Below are positions 26,279 to 40,466 of a stretch of DNA of 64,000 nucleotides, in pieces. Below the pieces are notes generated by a model. That model searched no databases. It was not told the origin of the DNA and worked only from the letters and a program-made list of their open reading frames with translations. The stretch covers positions 64,418,001-64,482,000 of the forward strand of contig OX597820.1 of the NCBI GenBank assembly GCA_951406725.2. Direction: 5' to 3'. The stretch is from Octopus vulgaris (taxonomy: Eukaryota). Each line of letters opens with the position of its first letter. The stretch's first letter is position 1. The position numbers were made by a program, and so were the translations under genes.

Positions 26279-28566
26279 ACTGTCTTCGGTTCTTATTTCA
26301 ATTCCCTTTCACACCACTCTTCGTCGGTATTCCTCTTCGAAGAAATCGTTGACAGGGCAAAAAATTGTGTCTGTCTTCTCTAACATACTCACGACACACT
26401 GTATTTCATGTTCATAGCCTACAACTCAATCTGGAATTGAAGACCTAATGCATTGGTTTTGGTATAGACAAGAATTCATTGTGCAATCTGGTTTTAAATA
26501 TTTTAAAGATGGCAGATAATAAACTAGGAAAAGTTGGCTAATACATTTCACTGTCTAAGCGAACAAGCGAATACTTCTCACATGAGACATTGTTTCAATA
26601 ATTTTCGCATGCGTAATAGGAAAACAGGGAGAATCGCTGACATGACGCTCAAAATGCTTAGAGGAATTTCATCTAGTCTCTTTACGTTCTGAGCTTACAT
26701 CATGCCGTGATCAACTCTGCTTTGCATCTTCTTTATAAACAAAAACTGGTTTTATAAACTAAAATAGCAGTTACATACCGATGTAGATGTAATCGACTTG
26801 CCTCTTCCCTCAAAATTGCTGGTTCGTGTTACATACTGCGTCGCGTTCAAGAAGAATTTTATGATCTCCATCAATTACAAGCTATGGAAACTAGGTAACC
26901 GGCCTTGTTATTCCTAGGGCTCGAGAAAAAATAGAGTTAACTAGGTTTAACATCAAATCTCAGCTCTGACCCTGTTAGAGATTCGTCTTGCTACTATCAG
27001 AACCATTTAACCGAATTCTCTACAATAGGAACAATTCAGTATTTTTGTGCAATGCTCTATACTTAAGTAAGATTTGAGACAGTTCCTTCCGTCTGAATAT
27101 GCTAAATAAATACCGTCAGATCAATATCAATAAATCAATGTAATACGAAACAAAGCACGTGATAATTTCATTTGATTATGCTTGTCCTAAGGAAAATTTC
27201 GTCAACAACTTACAGCCCAACAAAGAATTCTTGTGCTAATTTTATGCTCCAAATTACACACAGGCCGCAAACTATCTGAACTAATAGCTAAGCAATCATC
27301 GCTTTATACAAAAAGAAAATGTTTTACATGGTCTAGAATATCATTATTTTCTGTCATTCTCTTTCTTTAACATTCTCCATATCACATATATCAGATCTCC
27401 ACCCCCATTGCACACGTCATATATCTATACACCTTATGAATACATACTTTTATTTATATACTTGTATACATGCAAGTATTCTTTCATCCTTCTACCTTGT
27501 ATATCTATCACACTCAGACTTACACGCTATTTTGTATAATGTTTATTGTGATAAACGAAAAAGTGCATCGGTACGCACCATACCCGACACTAGCTATATA
27601 GTTCATAAATATAACCTTTTTATTTACAACACACAGCTGGAATATTTACCCGAGTGCAAAAATAGAATGACTTATATAACATGTAAAATTGACGGCAAAA
27701 ATATAAGGTACACACTTCACAACTCGAACAACTATGTTGGGAGGACGCTTACTACCCTCTATCGTAGGCTCATTTAAAACCATGGGTAGTTGTACCACGC
27801 TTCAGCGCACACTATCAAACATAGCTATACTGGAAAACATTAGAATAAATCACTTTCTTTCTTTATAGAATCCTCCAAAGAAATAGTAATCTGAGTATGG
27901 CATCAATTCATAGCACGAAGCAAGACAACAATTGACACAGAATATACGTTCGCCATAATCTGATTTCCATTGACGTAGCCCTTTAAGGCTTTAAGCGTCT
28001 AGATTAGGCTGGGAAATCTATATAAATGTAAGGCAGTCACTATAGAAAAGATCAGCACAAGAGACACGAACTATTCCCACTCCTGAACAGAAGAGAACGT
28101 CGAGAAAAGGTAATTAGGGGACTCCACTGTTCCAAATGAACTTTAAGAACAACTAAAAAAGCTGACAGGAAACAATGCATTACAACCCAGTAGATCACAA
28201 AATAGGATATTTTGTAGAACGGTGGTATTCTCCACATATATAATTATGTGTGTTTGTTAGAATGTGTAGGAGAGTGTGTGTATGTATGCTTTTATTTTGT
28301 GTGATTGTTGCTGTTGAGCTTTGGTTGTATGGGACTTCAAGCATGTGCTAGTGCTGAGTTGATGGACTAAGACCTTAATATTGGTACCTTGCTCCAGAGA
28401 CATCCCAGTCTAATGAAATAAACATGACACAGGGGGTCGGGAAGAATAGATATAATATAATAGCTTTTATATATATACGTATACATACATATATGCATAT
28501 ATATATATATATATGTAATATAATATAATATAATATGATATGATATAATATAATAATAGCAACAAC

Positions 28567-28601
<35 letters not shown>

Positions 28602-28677
28602 CTTAAAGAATATATTTATATTTTAAAAGATTATTTACGTATATTTATTAATTAATTATTTTATTATTGTATTTATT

Positions 28678-28762
28678 TCAGACCTGATGAGTGGCTATAC
28701 TTATATTGAACTGAATTTACTACTAATAATAATATTAAATATAGCCAGGAAAGACATGTCTT
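28678..28762 (+). ncRNA. Hammerhead-like motif with long stem II
   Basis: CTGATGA (28684-28690) G-TGGCTATA...TATAGCCA-G GAAA GACATGTC TT; stem I is poor. Confidence 0.5.
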
Positions 28763-30952
28763 TATTCTACCAAATATATACGTTTTGTTCATTATTTTGC
28801 ACATTACTTAATCATCGGTATATTATTTTTTATCAACATCAGAGCAATGATTGCCCAAGAGCATTTCATCACCCGGTCTAGTGACTGAAACCACGATCTG
28901 GTGTTCGTGAATGCAATATATATGTTTGTATGTATATGTATATCTCTGTAGATATGTGTATATATACATACAAATATATGAAGAGTGAGAGAGAGAAAGA
29001 TAAATCTGAATGAAAACACTCTAGACGCATATAAAGATTGCATATCAATCAAGGTAGCGTTTTATAAAATGCCATTGCATCAGAAATGGTTTCTAAATAT
29101 ATTTACATACATAGAACAGTTAGAAATCGGGCATTAACTTCCAAAGAAATATATGGTACATCTCGGCTGAAAGCATTATTGCTGTTGGCTCGAGTTAAAA
29201 GCGACATTCCCTGTTTAATATTGTAGAGAGAGCAATTTCGATTCCTCTTTCGTTTTTCTTTTTGTCTTTTATCACAGATTGAGATTAATAACCAGTGTAA
29301 CTTTTATCTGTAACTCGTTAATTATGACTCGAATGTTATTCCATATTCAGAAATATTAAAACAGTTTTCTTGAATCAAAAGGATATGTGCGAGCACATAT
29401 CGGAAGCATGTACTACATGTTATAAAGATAAAATATTGGCAAACTGAAATTTTCAAAATTATCTTACACGAAAATAAAAGGCATTAAATGTAGATCATTT
29501 CAACAAAAATGGCGTAATAAATTACAGCAAAATGAAATACAGAAGAAAAAGAAAAAACATTTTCAAGTTAATATTTACAAAAATGAAAAATTATCTGAAG
29601 ATGGTAATCAAAGTTTATCACGGAGCAGTTATATGAAATATTTCTCTCTCCCTCTCTGTATATCTCCTTGCTTATCGTTTTATCTGTCTTTCTCTTTCAT
29701 TTTCTCCTTTGTCTATATACATTTAATTTATACACACATATATCTATCTACACACACACAACAAATGCATATTCTCCCAAACAAAAAAGCACATATGTGT
29801 GTGTGAATGTATGTGTGTGTGTGTGAATGCATGTGTGTGTGTGTGTCACCTATTCAGCGGCTAGTTTTTCATACTTGCATGGATTGGACAGACTTCACTG
29901 AGGCAGATTTTCTTCCCTTGGAGTCTTCCTTTTGCAGGATAATAGAAAAGAATGATATTCAATTGCAGAAATTGTGCGATATCATCACAAGGCGCAAGAA
30001 ACATATACGCACTAACAAGATCAACCAGGAAGAGCGGTTTACTGCCGGATATCTTACACCATTTCACGTATCAAGTCACTTGTAATCAATGAGTGTAAAG
30101 TAAAATAGAAGAAGCAGACAGTTCTATATTTAAGAGATAAGGAATTATGTACATTATTTACATTATTGACATTTGACGGATACTTGTCATCTTCTTTGTT
30201 GTTAACAACAAATACATAAGACAAAAATTCATATATATACTGATGAAACTTTTCGTACAGATACCAATAGAGACATGCTTTTCCTGCTTATGCGTTCCAT
30301 TTACAAGCCCAACTCGACCATTAGCTTATGTCAGAAATCATACGGGGTAAATATAGTACCGCAGCATAATATAATGACAAGAGAACTAAAAAATTATCTA
30401 TATTTATAAATTGAATATATATTCATTAAAATGATTATATAAGTGGCTAGCGTATAAAAATGACCATATCGGAAAAATAAATGTTTAAGTTTATAATTAT
30501 ATAAATATAATTATGATTAAGGACGATGGAATGCCAGAAGTAGAGATCAAATGCATGTATATATTGGTACCTATTAGATTCATCAATAGATTTATCAATA
30601 TTTATATAATTTTCTGGCATATATTTTTTTTCTCGGTGTATTGCTACTGAGGATTGCAAAGTAATATTTATTACAGGGCATGAAATCTTGAGATATAGGA
30701 TTATCTGGAATTTTCAAAATCATTTCCCCCATTGCGTACCATTCGATATGGGGTTATAAATGGAGAACATATACAGATTGGATTGTAGGTATTTGACATG
30801 CACTTCCAGTGCCCTTAATCATGTTATATTTTTATAATTATATACTAAAACTTAATTTTATACATATGGTCATTTGCTATTCACTAGCCACTGATATAAT
30901 CATTTTAATGATTATGTCCCCAATTTATATGTGTGTATGTATATATATATAA

Positions 30953-31188
30953 ATATAAAAAAAGGAAATGAAGAAAATGCTGACAAAATGATTTAAGTAA
31001 AAAAAAATCTATCAGAAAGGAACTCTATCTCTCTTAAAAAAATATCTTTTGATAAGCATAACAAATGCGCAACCGGTAAAAAGAACTTTCACCTAATTAA
31101 ATACACTCTCCCTTACTTAAATCATTTTGCCAGCATTTTCTTCATTTCCTTTTTTATATATCACAACTCGTGTTCCACATCTTTTTTA
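30953..31188 (+). mobile_element. Inverted-repeat element with hammerhead-like motif, in (TA)n
   Basis: 48-bp arms 30953-31000 and 31113-31160; spacer holds TCTT-TTGATAA-GCAT aacaa ATGC-GCAA-CCGG-TA-AAAAGA (31045-31084); about 28-bp 3' extension. Confidence 0.65.
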
Positions 31189-31204
31189 AATATATATAAA
31201 TATA

Positions 31205-31236
<32 letters not shown>

Positions 31237-31802
31237 CTGTGTGCGTGTGTGTATATATATACATCTATATATATATATATATATTTATACATATGTATGT
31301 ATATATAACTATATATGTATTTATAAATATGTATGTATATGAATGTATACTCATGCGCACACGTACGCACACACACACACGCAGACACATATATATGCAT
31401 GCAGGTTTATGCAGCAATTTATATGTGGATGCACACATACATATGAAATCCATTCAAACAAGACGATGTCTACAGAAAAGAATAAGATTTGATTGATAAA
31501 GCAAAATAAAATTTGTTAAGACAGATGCTTACTCTTCTTTTTTGTTGATCAACATATCCTGGCTCTTTGGCTTGCTTTTCTTTTTTCGTACACCATCTCT
31601 CTCTCTCTCTGTCTCTCTCTCTCTGTCTCTCTCTCTCTGTCTCTCCCTTTCTCTCTCTGTCTCTCCCTTTTTTCTCACTCTCTCTCTCCCTTCTTCTCCT
31701 GCTTTTACAACGTTTTCCTGCTGTATGTTTTCGATTGGCTGCGATTATTTTCATTATTATATAGTATTTATTCATCTGCCATCTTCATCCTCGCTATAAA
31801 CG

Positions 31803-31985
31803 TTGTCATCATCATCATCATCATCGTCATCGTTGCTGTCGTCATCGTTGCTGTCGTCATCGTTGCTGTCGTCGTCGTCGTCGTCATCGTCATCATAATC
31901 ATCATCTCCTTCTTGTTCCTCTTCTTTTTCTTTTTTTTTCTTCTTCTTCTTCTTCTTCTCCTTCTATTTCTTCTTTTGCTTCTCC
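31803..31985. repeat. Compound (TCA)/(TCG)/(TTC) trinucleotide repeats with a 15-bp unit CGTTGCTGTCGTCAT
   Basis: Direct. Confidence 0.9.
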
Positions 31986-32319
31986 TACACATTCCCTACC
32001 CTAACCCACACTCCATTTTCTCCTCCTTCTGTTTCTCAATATATTCCATTTTATTTCACTTTTCTCTCTCATCTATCATTTCCTTTCTTACCATTCTTTA
32101 TATTTCTTTGTGTCAGTTTTTTCCCCTCCATGATTTTCTATCACTGCTGTTATTATTCCAGTATGTATAAATAGTATAGACTATTGGTATTTAGATTTAA
32201 TTACAAAAGGCATTTCAACTTTGTAAGATATATTTTTTCTTTATTACTAATGCTTTTGTTGCTACTCCTCTTGTTGATTGTGTTGTTGTTGATAAATTAT
32301 TATTGTCATTGTTGTTGTA

Positions 32320-32402
<83 letters not shown>
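32320..32402. repeat. (ATT)n microsatellite
   Basis: Direct. Confidence 0.95.
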
Positions 32403-33410
32403 CTGCAATTCACTACACTTACCTGGGTTAATATATTTCTGCGGAGAACAAATAAAATATAACAATGCATCTTGTGTGTGTGCGTGTATATATATATATA
32501 TATATACATACATCCATACACATATTTACACACACGCGAGGACACATACACACAGAGACACAGAAGCATAAGCATGTGTGTGTTCATATATGTATATGTA
32601 TATGTATATGTATATTTATATATATATCTATATATATATATATATATATATACGCAGAAAATTAGATAGATAAATAGATAGACTGATTCATGCATACATA
32701 ACATCCATATAAACATACATACATACTTGCATACAAAAGTACATACATATCAAATGAATACACGTAAAAAGAAGTATAAAAAGTGAGTTAAACAATGTAA
32801 AACTTGAAAGGAAAATATATTTTTATTTTTACATTTTATCACGAATGTAACTTTAACCTCGACAAAATACATCACTAGCTAAGTTAGATTGAGTTTTTGT
32901 TTTTCGTTATTTTGTTTTTATTTCGTTTCTTTTCGAGATAAAGATAAGAGACAAACGGTGAATTAGTGGTTGCAATTTCGATTGTCAGGCAATTTTTATA
33001 ATTTATCAGAAATGCATAGAGTCAGAAAGACGCAAGTACTCAGACAGACAAACTTATATTTGAATATGTGAGCTTTCATACGCATGTACATGTCTACCAA
33101 ATTTGGTCTTATATTCGTGTAACCCTACTAAAATGAAAATATGCGTAACACCCGTAGTATGCTTTAAAAGACATATACATTTCTGTCTAGCTCACAGTCT
33201 GTTATATATATATATATAAAGAACATAAGAGATAACAATGTTAGTGGCCGCAAGCTTTAAGCCGTATAGGCAAAATTAATAGATATATAAGTATTATATA
33301 TAACAAGGGCGCTATGAAGCATCAGCTTTGCAAACAATAAGAGTCAAAAATATTCCGAAGCCACATAAATTAACACTAGATTTTCACTGGCATGTTTGGA
33401 AAGAAACTAA

Positions 33411-33802
33411 GTGAATAAGGATTGCGGCTTACATCTGCAAATTTGCAAGAAGGAATACCGGTTAACCTGGTATCATAACCTGGTATCTTATACAATAAGA
33501 TGTATAGAAGGACGATGCAGTAACAAGACAATGTCATACGTAGGGGAAACGGCAAGAAGCATAGGAGAGCGGGTAAATGACATTGGAGACAACTCAAGGA
33601 AGGTAAAAGCTCATCCATTCTGTACCAACACGCCGAACAGGAACATGGGGGATCAATCAACAACATAGAAATTAAAATATTGTCCACACATAGAACAGAT
33701 GCAACAATCAGACAAATTACAGAAGCTACACACATAATAGAAAATAAACCTAGCCTGAATGGAAAACTAGAATGGAACAATAGCACACACCACAACATAT
33801 GA
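33411..33802 (+). pseudogene. Penelope-like element GIY-YIG endonuclease, C-terminal fragment with one frameshift near 33580
   Basis: NLVSYTIRCIEGRCSNKTMSYVGETARSIGERVN / HWRQLKEGKSSSILYQHAEQEH...IRQITEATHIIENKPSLNGKLEW: GIY-YIG motifs, CCHH residues, catalytic R and E, terminal PxLN; A-rich trailer to about 34390, then (TA)n. Confidence 0.85.
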
Positions 33803-34397
33803 CGGTAGAGGATCCCGAAAACATAATAAATACACATATAAATAAACAAATAGAAATAAATAACTATATATATATATTTTTTTGATTTATTATTATTATT
33901 ACTAGTATTGTTGTTATACATACATACATAAAAGCATATGTAATGATAATGATAAGTGGATGTAAACACATGAACAAAATAAGAATAAACAAAAACAACA
34001 ACAAAAACAAATTACATGAACGTATATAAACAGAATATACAAATATTACAGAATATACAAATATAAACATAAACGCACATAGAGATATAAGCATGCGCAA
34101 ATGAAGACATACAATAGAAATACAAAATGGCTGACGGTTAGAAAGGAGAGACACAAATAAGAAAGAAGTAAACAAAGGACCACTCATGCGGTCACAGGAG
34201 TGTGACGAAAGAACTCTGGCCGAAATAAGATTAAGATTAATGTAAAAAATAAATAACACTGAAGCAAAGTAACACCAAATATATAGTGCATGTATTTTTA
34301 TTGGCTAAACTGGCAAAATGACCATTCCGAAATATAACAATATCTGTTTCAACACACGACTTCACATAAAAAAATCTTGCACAACAAATATATAAAC

Positions 34398-34486
<89 letters not shown>

Positions 34487-36824
34487 AGTCATCTGAAATA
34501 ATAGTAAAATAACTAGGACGAATTTTCATGAGTGGAACAAACTTAATGATATTCTAGAATGGATTAGCCATGATGACGGTGATCATGGACTTGCTGGAAT
34601 ACATTTTAAAAGAGTAATTTAATTTAAATACTTATTGAAATATGAATTGTGTATAAAATGTAATCTTATGTGTAGGATTCCAACATATAGTAAATTCAGC
34701 TGATTATATTTTTCAATATATAAATCAGCACTAGATAAAACGAAAGCAAAGAGAGAAACATTTACGCCGTTGGTAGATAATGTGTAAGAATCAGCTAAAT
34801 ATATCTCGGATCGCATTCTATTCCCTTAAGATTAGGTGATGTAGAACACAGGGCCGGAAAGAATACCTATGCTGTTAGTTCTACACAATGCATGTTTGGA
34901 GTTTACTATGATATAATATACGTACATACATACATACATATATACATATATTCGATGGGCTTCTTTCAGTTTCTATCTACCAAATGCAACCACAAATCTT
35001 TGGTCGCCCCAAGGCTATATTAGAAGATGCTCGCCAACAGGCAGTGGGACTGAACCCGGAATCATGTAGTTGGGAATTAAGCTTCTTACCACACAGCTAT
35101 GCGTACGCATATAATGACTATATAGAGTACTGCCCTAAACGCTTTGTTTGGTGACTTGTACTTTTAGTTTATTGTAGCCTTACTTGATGGCTGTTGATTT
35201 GGAGCCAAATATTTCCATGAATGGAAGCATGGCGAAACCAACGATATCGAAATAAAAGCAACTTTAGGGGAAACGCGTTTCCGACATTCGGAAGCAGAGA
35301 CTGTTATATAATCTCTGTGCTCTGGAGAAATGTTTCTTGCTAATAACAATAGCGAACGTCATACATAGGTCGAATATGGATTCTCCATAAACAATTAATT
35401 TCAGTAGTAAAGAGTAATCTTCTCCTGGATCAAGCGAGTAATTACATTAATATGTTTATTAGTCTTCACTAATGACGGAAGAAAAAAAACAAAACAATCG
35501 TTTTGATTTCTGTCGAGTCGTCACATCTCACAGTCAATTTGTCTGTTGTTTCGGTCGATTTCCTTATTATACAGATGCAATGAGTTGTTATTCTATTTAA
35601 GTCTGTATTATAAATGTCCTAAGTAATTAGTCTGATGTTGTCAACTTTCATGATTCTGTTACAGAATATTTTTGTCTCTTATTGTATACAATGTATATAT
35701 TATCGTGATTTATCATTGTTTTTTTCCTGTTTTTAAATCATTATTATTCTGCTGAGGTCAGCATTACCGTGCTTTCACTATCATCGCTACTACGATTATG
35801 CCGTAAGATATTTATATTGTTTGCATTTATGTCAGTCTGAAATTGAATTTATTCTAATATCAGTAACGGGGAACCATCTTATCTTTCTGTCTAGCAAGAT
35901 TATTTGTTCCGTAATTATGTTGTATTTTGTCCCAAAACTATTTCCGACGCGTTGGCGCTGCTTGTTATTATGCAATTTATCTTTATAACTTTGAATAATG
36001 AAAAAGTGTTTCATCAGGAATATAAACAAGAAAATCTTCCGGCAAAACGAGTTAACACCAAGAGCCATTATTTATGAAGAATTAAAATGAAATAGAATAT
36101 GTACAACTGATACACAGATCCATAGAATCAACGTATCATCAAATTCAAGAAGCACACCATTTTGTTGAATCCCGCTTTTCAGCATAAGTGTTGTATGAAA
36201 CATGGCAAGTCTTGAAAAAGTTCAAGAGACTCTAGGTACTTTAAGTATTCAACTGAAATAAAACCAAGGTTGGTAACTATTATGCAAGCGGCAGGGAAAA
36301 TGGGATACAGGCTACAAATAAACAACTATATAAAGAGATGCATCACTTCGCAAAACATAGGTGTAACCGTAACGTATCGCATGCATATACGTTGAGCTAA
36401 AACTGGTTAAGAAACAAGAAAACTGCAAGCCATCATACTGCAAAAGAGAAAATACGATAAAATCATTATTGGAAAAACTCAGAGTCTGTAAAATTAAATC
36501 CGTCCGCAACATATCCTAGAGGCACATAATGTCATTAGTGAGGAGCGTTTGAAACATAAACAAAAAATTATGAGTATTATATAATTAATAATTAACAATA
36601 CTTACGTAATACTTTCCAGACAAATTCTTTCGTTACTAGAGACAAAAATAACTATATTCGCAAAATTGTTTCCTCAGCGGTGGACATGAACGGATGAAAT
36701 GTTGCAGACATCACAATGATTTCAGTTTCTCATACTAGACTGAATTACATCAATAAAAAAAGTTTCTGCTGACCTATTGTTAGTACATAGGTACATGGAG
36801 ATTCGGAAAAAAATATAACAACAA

Positions 36825-37803
36825 TATAGGTCATATGATCAATAAGTATCCGGGCTGTTGCCATAGTAACAAAGCTAAAACACGCAGCGTGAATCCGCTT
36901 GACCTTGAACTCTTCTGTACATGTGAAATAAGTTTTAACGTTCTAGCTCAAATCATCTCTGAAGGGAGGTGTTTAGCGGGTCATCTAGATTACCGTGCTT
37001 GGAGGAAGGGGTGTAGTGTGTAGTCGTCGCATTGAACCTGACAGAAAAAGTTGAGCAGAGAATTTGCATGAAATTCTACCAAAAGATTGGGGATGCCTGC
37101 TCAGAGGCCTACGCAAAGTTGCAGAAGGTGTATAAGGAGGAGTGCATGAGCCGAACACAAGTGTATGAATGGTTCCGACATTTCTAAAGTTGGCCGAAAA
37201 ATGTCGATAGTGACGAAAGTTCTGGAAGTCCTGCAACCAACAAAACTGAGAAGAACATCGCAGATATGCGTGCAGCTGTGAGGGGAGACCGTCGAATCAC
37301 CATCCTGAGTTGTCTGAGGACGTGTACATTAGTTACGTTTCAGTTTTGTACATTATCATTGAAGATTTGGATATGAAACGCGTGTCTGCCAAGTTTGTGC
37401 CAAAACTGATTTCAGCTGACCAAAAGCACACTCGGGTTTTAGTTGCACAAAATTTCCTTGATTATGTTGAAATGAAGAAAACTTTTTGAAAACTGTCATA
37501 ACCCCGAAACTGCCAATGACCCCGAAACAAAGGCTCAGAAGAAAGCAAGAAAGTTGAAGTACTCTAAAGACACTGTTGACCGATTTCTTCGACTACTAGA
37601 GGATTGTTCATCACGAGTATGTTCTACCTGGCCAAGCGGTAAGTAAGGAGTACTACTGTGACGTTTTGTGGCGTTTGCAGGATGCTATTCGTCAGAAAAA
37701 GCCAGAATTGCAAGCATCCGGTGAATGGAAATTGGACTATGGCAACGCACCTGCCAATTCAAAGCAGCTTGTGCAGCAGCTTTTGGCTAGGCACAGCATT
37801 CAC
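36825..37803 (+). mobile_element. Mariner (Tc1/mariner) transposon, decayed and 3'-truncated
   Basis: From about 37040: EQRICMKF..MSRTQVYEWF..DRRITI..MKRVSAKFVPKL..DPETKAQ..FFDY*RIVHHEYVLPGQAVSKEYYCDVLWRL..GNAPAN; left-TIR-like GATCAATAAGTATCCGG. Confidence 0.9.
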
Positions 37804-37814
37804 TATATATATAT

Positions 37815-38025
37815 ACTCTCTTACTTGTTTCAGTCATTTGACAATGGCCATGCTGGAGCACCGCCGTTAGTCGAACAAATCGACCCCGGGACTTATTCTT
37901 TGTAAGCCTAGTACTTATTCTAGCAGTCTCTTTTGCCGAACTGCTAAGTTACGGGGTGGTAAACACAATAGTATCTGTTGTCAAGTGATGTTGGGGGGAC
38001 AAACACAGACACAGAAACATATACT

Positions 38026-38067
<42 letters not shown>

Positions 38068-38247
38068 CATATATAGGACGGGCTTCTTTCAGTTTCCGTC
38101 TACCAATCCACTCACAAGGCTTTGGTCGGCCCGAGGCTATAGTAGAGAACATTTGCCCAAAATGCCATGCATGTGGTTCGTAAGCAAGATACCACGAACC
38201 ATGTGGTTCGTAAGCAAGCTACTTACCACACAGCCACTCCTACGCCT
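37815..38247 (-). mobile_element. SINE family B at the mariner truncation point
   Basis: Homologous to 15491-15854; head contains a duplicated CATGTGGTTCGTAAGCAAG. Confidence 0.85.
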
Positions 38248-39204
38248 ATATATACGTATATATATAATTCTTATAGATATAAGTGTGTGTGTGTGTGTGT
38301 GTAATATGCATGTATACGTATGTGTATGTGCAGGTGTTAGGAAGGTGAAACTGCTAGATAACTCATCCCAAAAGAGAAAGTGGAACCTGATGCAGTCCCA
38401 TGGCTTGCCAATTCATGTATCATTGAGCGGCCCATACTAGCCTTGAAGTTTGACAAATGATTATAAAGACGTTGATTATGATAATGATGATATAGAGGGA
38501 CATAATAAGAGAGAGAGAGAGAGAGAGAGAGAGCGACAAACAGACAGACAAACATGCAGAAAGACAGAAATACATACGTATTTAAGAAGCGTGATCATGA
38601 ATAGACACATGTTTTTGTACATGTCTGTATATCTGCCTAGGAATCTATCGCTATAGATCATTACAGAGATAACCACCGAGAAAAGTACGTGTTTAAGTAT
38701 GTAGACGTAGACGGTTATAGCAGAAAATATTGAATATAGAATTATTTTTATATAAATTGAAGTTGTATTTGAATAACATCTATATATCATTCTCTATATA
38801 TGTCTTCTTTTTCCGTTTTACTGCTATGTTTTTCTTCCTGGCCTAAACAGAGTTTTGTTTTCTAGTTATCTCTGCTTTTAAACGACTGAGATGTTCTTAC
38901 TCTAATGAAAGAATTTTATCAAAGAAAGCTGAGAAATGGAAAAGAATTAGTTGGAAAAATCGAAGGTGCTTTTTGAGTTCCTATTCTCATGACTTCTACT
39001 CACATAGTCTCCAGAATTGTCTCCAGGCGAAACAGAACATATATGTTTTCGTATGACCACAGTTTTAATGAAGCAAAATGATACTCAATGCTTTCTATTA
39101 TAATTGGCCGGTGCCATTCTTTTCTCGTTAGCTTTTGGTGAAGTAAAGGGTTAGTGCTGCATTCCTTGGAATTTCTTGCTGTGATGTAGCTTCTTTTCTT
39201 TTTC

Positions 39205-39673
39205 TTTCTGCTTCTTATTTCAGTCATCTGACTGCGGCCATGTTGGAGCATCGCCACGAAGGGTTTAAGTCGCATAATTCGACACCAGGACTTTTTTTAA
39301 CAAAACTAGAACTTATTATATGGGTATCTTTCGTCGAATCACTTAGTTATGGAGAGGTAAACGCACCAACATTGGTTATCATGCGGTGATGGGGGACAAA
39401 CACAAACACAAAGACATACAAATATAAATTTACATACATACATACTTACGTATATAATACATACATATATAAATACATACATACATACACTCATACATAC
39501 ACACATATAGACATATATACGACGGGTGTCTTTCAGTGTCCTTCCACCAACTCAACATAGAGGACTCTGGTCGGCCCTAGGATATAGTAGAAGACACTTT
39601 CGCAAGGTTCCGCGCAGTGGGACTGAACTTGGAACAATGCGGTTTGGAAGCAAGCTTCTTACCGCACAGCTAC
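39205..39673 (-). mobile_element. SINE family B, older copy
   Basis: TTTCAGTCATCTGACTGCGGCCATGTTGGAGCATCGCC tail and GGGACTGAAC..AAGCTTCTTACCGCACAGC head. Confidence 0.75.
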
Positions 39674-39677
39674 GATC

Positions 39678-40207
39678 ACATTGGTCAGTGGTTAAAAGAT
39701 CAGACTCACAATAATGAGGTTTTTAAGTTCGATTCCCTGACTGAATGTTGTGTTCCTGAACAAGACACTTTATTTCATGTTGCTCTTGTTCACTCAGCTG
39801 TAGAAATGAGTTGCAAATTCACTGGTGCCAAGCAGTATCGGCGTTTGGACTTCCTTTGGATAACATCGGTGGCGTTGAGTGGGGGTGGGAGCTGGTAAGC
39901 ATGGGCATCTGCTGGTTTTCCATTAGAAACCTATTTCTTTATTACCCACGAGGGGCTAAACATAGAGGGGACAAACAAGGACAGACATAGGTATTAAGTC
40001 GATTACATCGACCCCAGTGCGTAACTGGTGCTTAATTTATCGACCCCGAAAGGATGAAAGGCAAAGTCGACCTCGGCGGAATTTGAACTCACAACGTAAC
40101 GGCAGACGAAATACCGCAAAGCATTTCGCCCGGCGTGCTAACGCTTCTGCCAGCTCGCCATTAGAAACCCTGCCCGGACTTGTGCCTCGGAGGGTAACTT
40201 TCGAAGT
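39678..40207 (+). mobile_element. SINE family D with a nested antisense SINE family C (39932-40159)
   Basis: D sequence stops at 39931 and resumes at about 40170; TSD CCATTAGAAACC at 39920-39931 and 40158-40169. Confidence 0.85.
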
Positions 40208-40244
40208 GTGTCATCACGTGTTTATATATATATATATATATTTC

Positions 40245-40466
40245 AAAATGTGACCGCGTGTGTACCTTTGGCGATTTTTCTTTTCCTCTGTCTTCCTTTC
40301 TCTGGATCTTTCCTTTTCCTATGTTTCCGACGAAGAGCTCCGCTCGAAACGTTAAACCCTCCTTCTTTCCTTCTTTCCTGAGCGTCCAATAATACTATAT
40401 TTGTTCCACGTCCTGGCGTTGTTATGTTTTTTTGTGCTTTCTTGTTTGGATTAACTATATATATAT
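40245..40466 (+). mobile_element. Short hammerhead-bearing repeat (pLTR-like family H), between TA runs
   Basis: GTTT-CCGACGA-A-GAGC tcc GCTC-GAAAC GTT-AAAC at 40323-40357; homologous to 63250-63445 (+) and 43412-43590 (-). Confidence 0.7.

Noticed and set aside
33376-33969. 197-aa minus-strand ORF
   Set aside because: Antisense shadow of the plus-strand GIY-YIG fragment plus low-complexity DNA
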